64,000 nucleotides of DNA from an uncultured virus (IMG/VR IMGVR_UViG_3300020048_000025) (Duplodnaviria; Heunggongvirae; Uroviricota; Caudoviricetes), in the IMG/VR virus record IMGVR_UViG_3300020048_000025. One strand, given 5' to 3'. Numbering within the stretch: position 1 is the first letter of the stretch; every line of letters begins with the position of its first letter. The translations under genes and the position numbers were made by a program. The notes under the pieces are model-generated. The model searched no databases and was not told where the DNA came from. It was given only the letters and a program-made list of their open reading frames with translations. This document shows positions 59,929-64,000 of the stretch, in pieces.

Positions 59929-59985
59929 ATCCACAACCATTATACCTTTCACAAATTTATCAATATGTATAACTAAAATTAAAAC

Positions 59986-61431
59986 ATGGGAAACTTAATT
60001 TTGCGATCCACTAAAGGATCTGCACTCACACATACCGAATTAGACAATAATTTCGGTTATTTTACAGGCTCGCACGCCATTACTGGATCAATTACAGCAT
60101 CCGATGGTTTTGCAGGGAATGTAGTTGGTACAGCTTCGTACGCTACGCTAGCATTAACTGCATCTTATGCAGTAAGCGCGTCATACGAAATTAACTACGA
60201 GGTTAGTTCATCGTACGCTGAAACAGCATCAATTGCAACCAGCGCATCATATGCTGCAACTGCATCTTTTGTTAAAAATGCACAAACAGCTAGTTACGTT
60301 GCAAATGCTCAAACAGCATCGTATGTAACATTAGCACAAACTGCTAGTTATGTTACGTTAGCACAAACAGCATCATACGTTGCAAACGCTCAAACTGCTA
60401 GTTATGTTGCAAACGCTGTATCGGCATCATATGCTACAACTGCATCTTATATAGCAACTGCTCAAACAGCTAGCTACGTTGCAAATGCTGTATCCGCTTC
60501 ATACGCTGCAACAGCGTCATATGTAAGAAATGCTGTATCTGCATCATACACAACAAACTCAGTATCTGCATCTTATGTTGCAACTGCTGCTACTGCTAGT
60601 TACGTGAAAAACGCTGTATCCGCTTCGTATTTCAACACTGGATTTAATGCAGTTGCTGCTGGTCCATTCTCTCACGCAGAAGGTTATACTACAGCAGCAA
60701 ATGGGTTTTATTCACATGCTGAAGGTGGTTCTACAGTAGCAAATGGTGAAGGTTCCCATACAGAGGGTGCTAATGCAACAGCTAATGGTGGATATTCACA
60801 CGCAGAAGGTAATGGCACAACAGCAACCGGAAACTATTCACACGCTGAAGGTAACGCTACAACATCAACTGGAGAAGCGTCACACGCTGAAGGTTCATCC
60901 ACTAATGCTATTGGAAACTATTCACACGCTGAAGGTCAAACTTCAATATCTAATGGATTGTATTCACATGCTGAAGGTGGGAATACAAAGTCATGGGGTA
61001 ATTATTCACACGCTGAAGGTTCAACTACATACGCTAGTGGAGAAGCGTCCCACGCTGAAGGAAATTTAACCACTGCATCTGGGCAATACGCACACGCAGA
61101 AGGTGTGTCCACAATTGCGATAGGTTCAGGATCTCACGCTAGTGGTTACTCTACTATGTCCAGTGGTTCATACCAAAACGTTACCGGTAGATTCAACACT
61201 CACGGCGACACAACATCCAGATTTATTGTTGGTAATGGAACAAGTGATGGAGCGCGTAAAGATGCATTCAAAGTTACACATAGTAGTTCAATTGTTGTTC
61301 CACCACTAGATGCTGCACCAGCATGGGCCGGTGTAGAAGGTGAAATGATCCCTGCAGTTGTAGGTGGTACTTCATACCTATACGTTTACATAAACGGTGG
61401 TTGGAAAAAAACCGCATTATCTGCAACATAA
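59986..61431 (+). CDS. Orphan short tail fibre/adhesin (TASYV and SHAEG repeats)
   Basis: KGSALTHTELDNNF N-terminus; both repeat types; C-terminus homologous to the 11319 ORF; late motif at 59963. Confidence 0.75.
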   Translation: MGNLILRSTKGSALTHTELDNNFGYFTGSHAITGSITASDGFAGNVVGTASYATLALTASYAVSASYEINYEVSSSYAETASIATSASYAATASFVKNAQTASYVANAQTASYVTLAQTASYVTLAQTASYVANAQTASYVANAVSASYATTASYIATAQTASYVANAVSASYAATASYVRNAVSASYTTNSVSASYVATAATASYVKNAVSASYFNTGFNAVAAGPFSHAEGYTTAANGFYSHAEGGSTVANGEGSHTEGANATANGGYSHAEGNGTTATGNYSHAEGNATTSTGEASHAEGSSTNAIGNYSHAEGQTSISNGLYSHAEGGNTKSWGNYSHAEGSTTYASGEASHAEGNLTTASGQYAHAEGVSTIAIGSGSHASGYSTMSSGSYQNVTGRFNTHGDTTSRFIVGNGTSDGARKDAFKVTHSSSIVVPPLDAAPAWAGVEGEMIPAVVGGTSYLYVYINGGWKKTALSAT

Positions 61432-61499
61432 TCCAATTTACATACAAAAATATTTGGCTCCGCAAGGAGCCATTTGTATCTTTAAATAAAAACAGTTAT

Positions 61500-62285
61500 A
61501 TGAACGAAAAGAAACTAGGTCGCATTAGCGACTACAACAAAACACTACCCGTGCTGGAACTCTATACTTGCCTCCAGTCAGAAGGTTCTCGTTTTGGTCG
61601 CCCAAACGTATTAATCCGCACCACAGGTTGCACTCATCGCTGTTATTTTGGTGAAGGTGGATGGTGTGATTCATGGCAAACATCAATCCATCCAGAAAAA
61701 GGTAAGTTCACATTCAATGACATCATCAAAATGTACGACGATAACCCTCAAATACACGAAATGATGATCACTGGAGGTTCACCTACCATGCATGGTGATT
61801 TAGTAAACGAGTTAATGCATTTCGCTCACGAGCGGGGTATATTCGTTACCATTGAAACAGAAGGATCCCATTTCCTTCCCACGGATCACCCAATCGATTT
61901 AATTTCATTGTCACCTAAATTTGCAAACAGTATACCACAATTGGGTGTGTTAACCCCACAAGGTAAACCAACCAACCAGAAAATGATCGACCAACACAAC
62001 AAATTCCGGTTGAATTATGAACCAATTCGAAATACATTGGCATACCATAAAGACTATCACTTCAAACCAGTGTGGGACGGTACTGAGGGAAACCTAGAGC
62101 AAATTGAGGCCGCCCGAGTATTCCTAGACATACCAAAAAACAAAACATTCATCATGCCTGCAGGAGACAATCGAGACGAATTAATTCGTATGTATCCACT
62201 TGTATTTGAAATGTGTACCCGTGAGGGATACAACATGACTGGCCGAGACCACATCATTGCATATAACAAAGAGCGCTACGTTTAA
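61500..62285 (+). CDS. queE: 7-carboxy-7-deazaguanine synthase (radical SAM)
   Basis: LQSEG...G.P..LIRT.GC, CTHRCYFGEGGWCDS, ITGGSP, IETEG and SLSPK; start ATG 61500. Confidence 0.9.
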   Translation: MNEKKLGRISDYNKTLPVLELYTCLQSEGSRFGRPNVLIRTTGCTHRCYFGEGGWCDSWQTSIHPEKGKFTFNDIIKMYDDNPQIHEMMITGGSPTMHGDLVNELMHFAHERGIFVTIETEGSHFLPTDHPIDLISLSPKFANSIPQLGVLTPQGKPTNQKMIDQHNKFRLNYEPIRNTLAYHKDYHFKPVWDGTEGNLEQIEAARVFLDIPKNKTFIMPAGDNRDELIRMYPLVFEMCTREGYNMTGRDHIIAYNKERYV

Positions 62286-62306
62286 CCAATCAAATACAAC
62301 CCAGTT

Positions 62307-62807
62307 ATGAACGAATTAATAAGCAAAGCATCCCTCAACCACCACGTTAGAAAAATAGGCGCACTAATAACCAAAAAACACCAACCAGACATGAACAATG
62401 TAGTGATGGTATGTTTGTTAAACGGTGCGTTTGTATTTTTCGCCGATTTAGTTAGACAAACTCACTTGAATATCCAGTGCGATTTCATGCGCGTTAAATC
62501 ATACGATGGGCAGGAACAATCCGAGATACAAATACTCAAAGACATCGAAATGGATTTGGCTGGAAAACACGTGTATATCGTTGATGACTTTTACGATACG
62601 GGCAATACTATGAACGCTGTTTACTCGCATTTAAAATCGCGTAATCCTGCGTCGTTAACGGCGGTTACTTTACTTAAACGCTACCGTTGTAAACGACCTA
62701 CATACCCATTTATATATGGTATTGAAATTAAAAAAGACTGGGTGTTTGGATATGGTTTAGACAATATTGGATATTGTCGAAATTTATCGTCAATTTTCAA
62801 AGTTTAA
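62307..62807 (+). CDS. hpt: Hypoxanthine/guanine phosphoribosyltransferase
   Basis: LLNGAFVFFADL, VKSY, IVDDFYDTGNT PRPP loop and VFGYGLD. Confidence 0.88.
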   Translation: MNELISKASLNHHVRKIGALITKKHQPDMNNVVMVCLLNGAFVFFADLVRQTHLNIQCDFMRVKSYDGQEQSEIQILKDIEMDLAGKHVYIVDDFYDTGNTMNAVYSHLKSRNPASLTAVTLLKRYRCKRPTYPFIYGIEIKKDWVFGYGLDNIGYCRNLSSIFKV

Positions 62808-62856
62808 TTTGGATACCACAATTTAATTTAGTATATTTACATAAAAATAGAAACAT

Positions 62857-63567
62857 ATGAGTAGAAACGAAAAGACAGTAAGAGTGGAAGATCTCGAAAT
62901 TGCAACACCTGGATTTGCAAATGGTATTTCCACACAATTAAAAGCATTGCTAGACTCTGGTGAGCACCGTTCATTAAACGATGAAGAAAAAAGCGCCATC
63001 ATCGATGAGGCATCAGTACATTTTGGGAATTTCTTAACCGCATTGGGTTGTACATGGCAAGATGATCCGAATTCATCAAACACACCTAAAAGAGTTGCGA
63101 AAGCATATGTAAATGATTTATGGGCTGGTCGATACAACATCATGTCACCAGTTACATCATTCCCACATGACGGATACCAGGGCATCGTGCTTGAGAAAAA
63201 TATCGCATTAACCAGCCAATGTTCCCACCACCACCAAACAATCAAAGGCGTTGTGCATATTGCATATATCCCAGGAAAAGATGGGAAAGTGATAGGTTTA
63301 TCCAAACTTAACAGAACAGTTGAGTTATATGGTAGACGTGGAGCTATCCAAGAGCAATTAACCGTTGCAATCCATAACGCTATCAACAAAATATGCGAAG
63401 GTAATATTGGCGTAATGGTAGTAATTGACTCTGCACATAATTGTGTTTCGTGTAGGGGGGTGAAGCATTACGGTGCATCCATGGTTACCTCTGAGGTATC
63501 TGGTGTATTTGCTAACCATGAGAAAACAGCAAAGCAAGAAGTAATGGAAATGATTAAACTAAAATAA
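62857..63567 (+). CDS. folE: GTP cyclohydrolase I
   Basis: TPKRVAK, SQCSHH, IGLSKLNR, IQEQLT and H.C..CRGV. Confidence 0.95.
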   Translation: MSRNEKTVRVEDLEIATPGFANGISTQLKALLDSGEHRSLNDEEKSAIIDEASVHFGNFLTALGCTWQDDPNSSNTPKRVAKAYVNDLWAGRYNIMSPVTSFPHDGYQGIVLEKNIALTSQCSHHHQTIKGVVHIAYIPGKDGKVIGLSKLNRTVELYGRRGAIQEQLTVAIHNAINKICEGNIGVMVVIDSAHNCVSCRGVKHYGASMVTSEVSGVFANHEKTAKQEVMEMIKLK

Positions 63568-63568
63568 T

Positions 63569-64000
63569 ATGAACAAAATATTTCAGCAATTAGCAGATTT
63601 CAGTGTAAACCTATTCAAACCAAACTACGTGCCATTTATCAGTGAAGTAGAAGAATTCAATACGTTAATGGGAAAAGAATGGCAGAACAGAACCACCCCA
63701 ACCATTAACCCAGATGACGCAAAGTTTGTTGTTGAATTTATCCAAGAAGAATTGGATGAACTGAAAGAAGCAGTGTCCACTAATGATATAGTGGGGATAT
63801 TCGATGCCCTTTTAGACATTACATATGTCTGTACGGGAAATGGTGCATTGGTATTCGGTTTGAAAGATAGATTTTTGGAAGGATACGCAGAGGTACAAGC
63901 ATCTAATTTATCCAAAATATGTATGAGCGAAGAAGACGCCATCGAAACGGTTAAAGTACGTTCAAAGCAGCAGGGTCGCCCATGCCACTACGAGAAAGTA
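63569..64000 (+). CDS. MazG-like/all-alpha NTP pyrophosphohydrolase (runs off the window; not in the ORF track)
   Basis: MNKIFQQ...FIQEELDELKEA...DALLDITYV...EVQASNLSK. Confidence 0.75.
   Translation, partial: MNKIFQQLADFSVNLFKPNYVPFISEVEEFNTLMGKEWQNRTTPTINPDDAKFVVEFIQEELDELKEAVSTNDIVGIFDALLDITYVCTGNGALVFGLKDRFLEGYAEVQASNLSKICMSEEDAIETVKVRSKQQGRPCHYEKV

Larger units (their letters stand above)
676..59971 (+). promoter_or_regulatory. Recurrent putative late-promoter motif ATAT(T/G)TAT(A)
   Basis: Intergenic copies at 676, 5184, 6337, 7272, 13369, 13675, 15445, 17228, 17831, 18227, 19300, 21674, 24209, 38470, 39599, 42933, 50804, 50956, 55657 and 59963, mostly before structural or lysis genes. 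Confidence 0.75.
24179..62838 (+). promoter_or_regulatory. Recurrent Bacteroidota-type (-33/-7) promoters TTG-N20-TAnnTT
   Basis: Hand-counted 20-nt spacing at 24179, 30699, 34157, 41054, 47549, 48832, 51997, 53610, 57249, 59079, 61454 and 62809; variants at 53054 (GTG) and 55555 (TAG). Confidence 0.75.

Noticed and set aside
13060..61431. Similar 3' ends of two fibre genes as a possible DGR template/variable repeat pair
   Set aside because: Differences are mostly synonymous and not adenine-specific, both copies are coding, and no reverse transcriptase is in the window

Overview
A 64-kb segment of a large, AT-rich myovirus (contractile tail). Almost all genes are on the + strand. The host is most likely a Bacteroidota: promoters are TTG-N20-TAnnTT, leaders are A-rich without Shine-Dalgarno, and one gene resembles a T9SS-cargo protein. 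Gene order: fibre and virion proteins (1-13.7 kb); two tail sheaths, tube, chaperone, tape measure and baseplate (13.7-28.9 kb); replication genes and class Ia ribonucleotide reductase (28.9-38.4 kb); a 4.46-kb unit containing the lysis block, present twice and followed by a 100-N gap (38.5-47.5 kb, probably partly an assembly artefact); an accessory region with tRNA-Ala, tRNA-Glu and a 280-aa minimal alanyl-tRNA synthetase; and a 7-deazaguanine DNA-modification cluster (DpdA-like, queC, frameshifted queD, queE, hpt, folE, MazG-like). The most notable features are the ultra-small AlaRS beside a G3:U70 tRNA-Ala, a dispersed two-gene cassette with constant leader, N-terminal peptide and partner but exchangeable lectin-like body, the deazaguanine cluster with interrupted queD and added salvage/sanitising enzymes, a candidate tail-chaperone frameshift, an ACP-like peptide lacking the phosphopantetheine serine, and candidate structured RNAs around tRNA-Glu. 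All protein family calls come from motifs read by eye; no searches were run.
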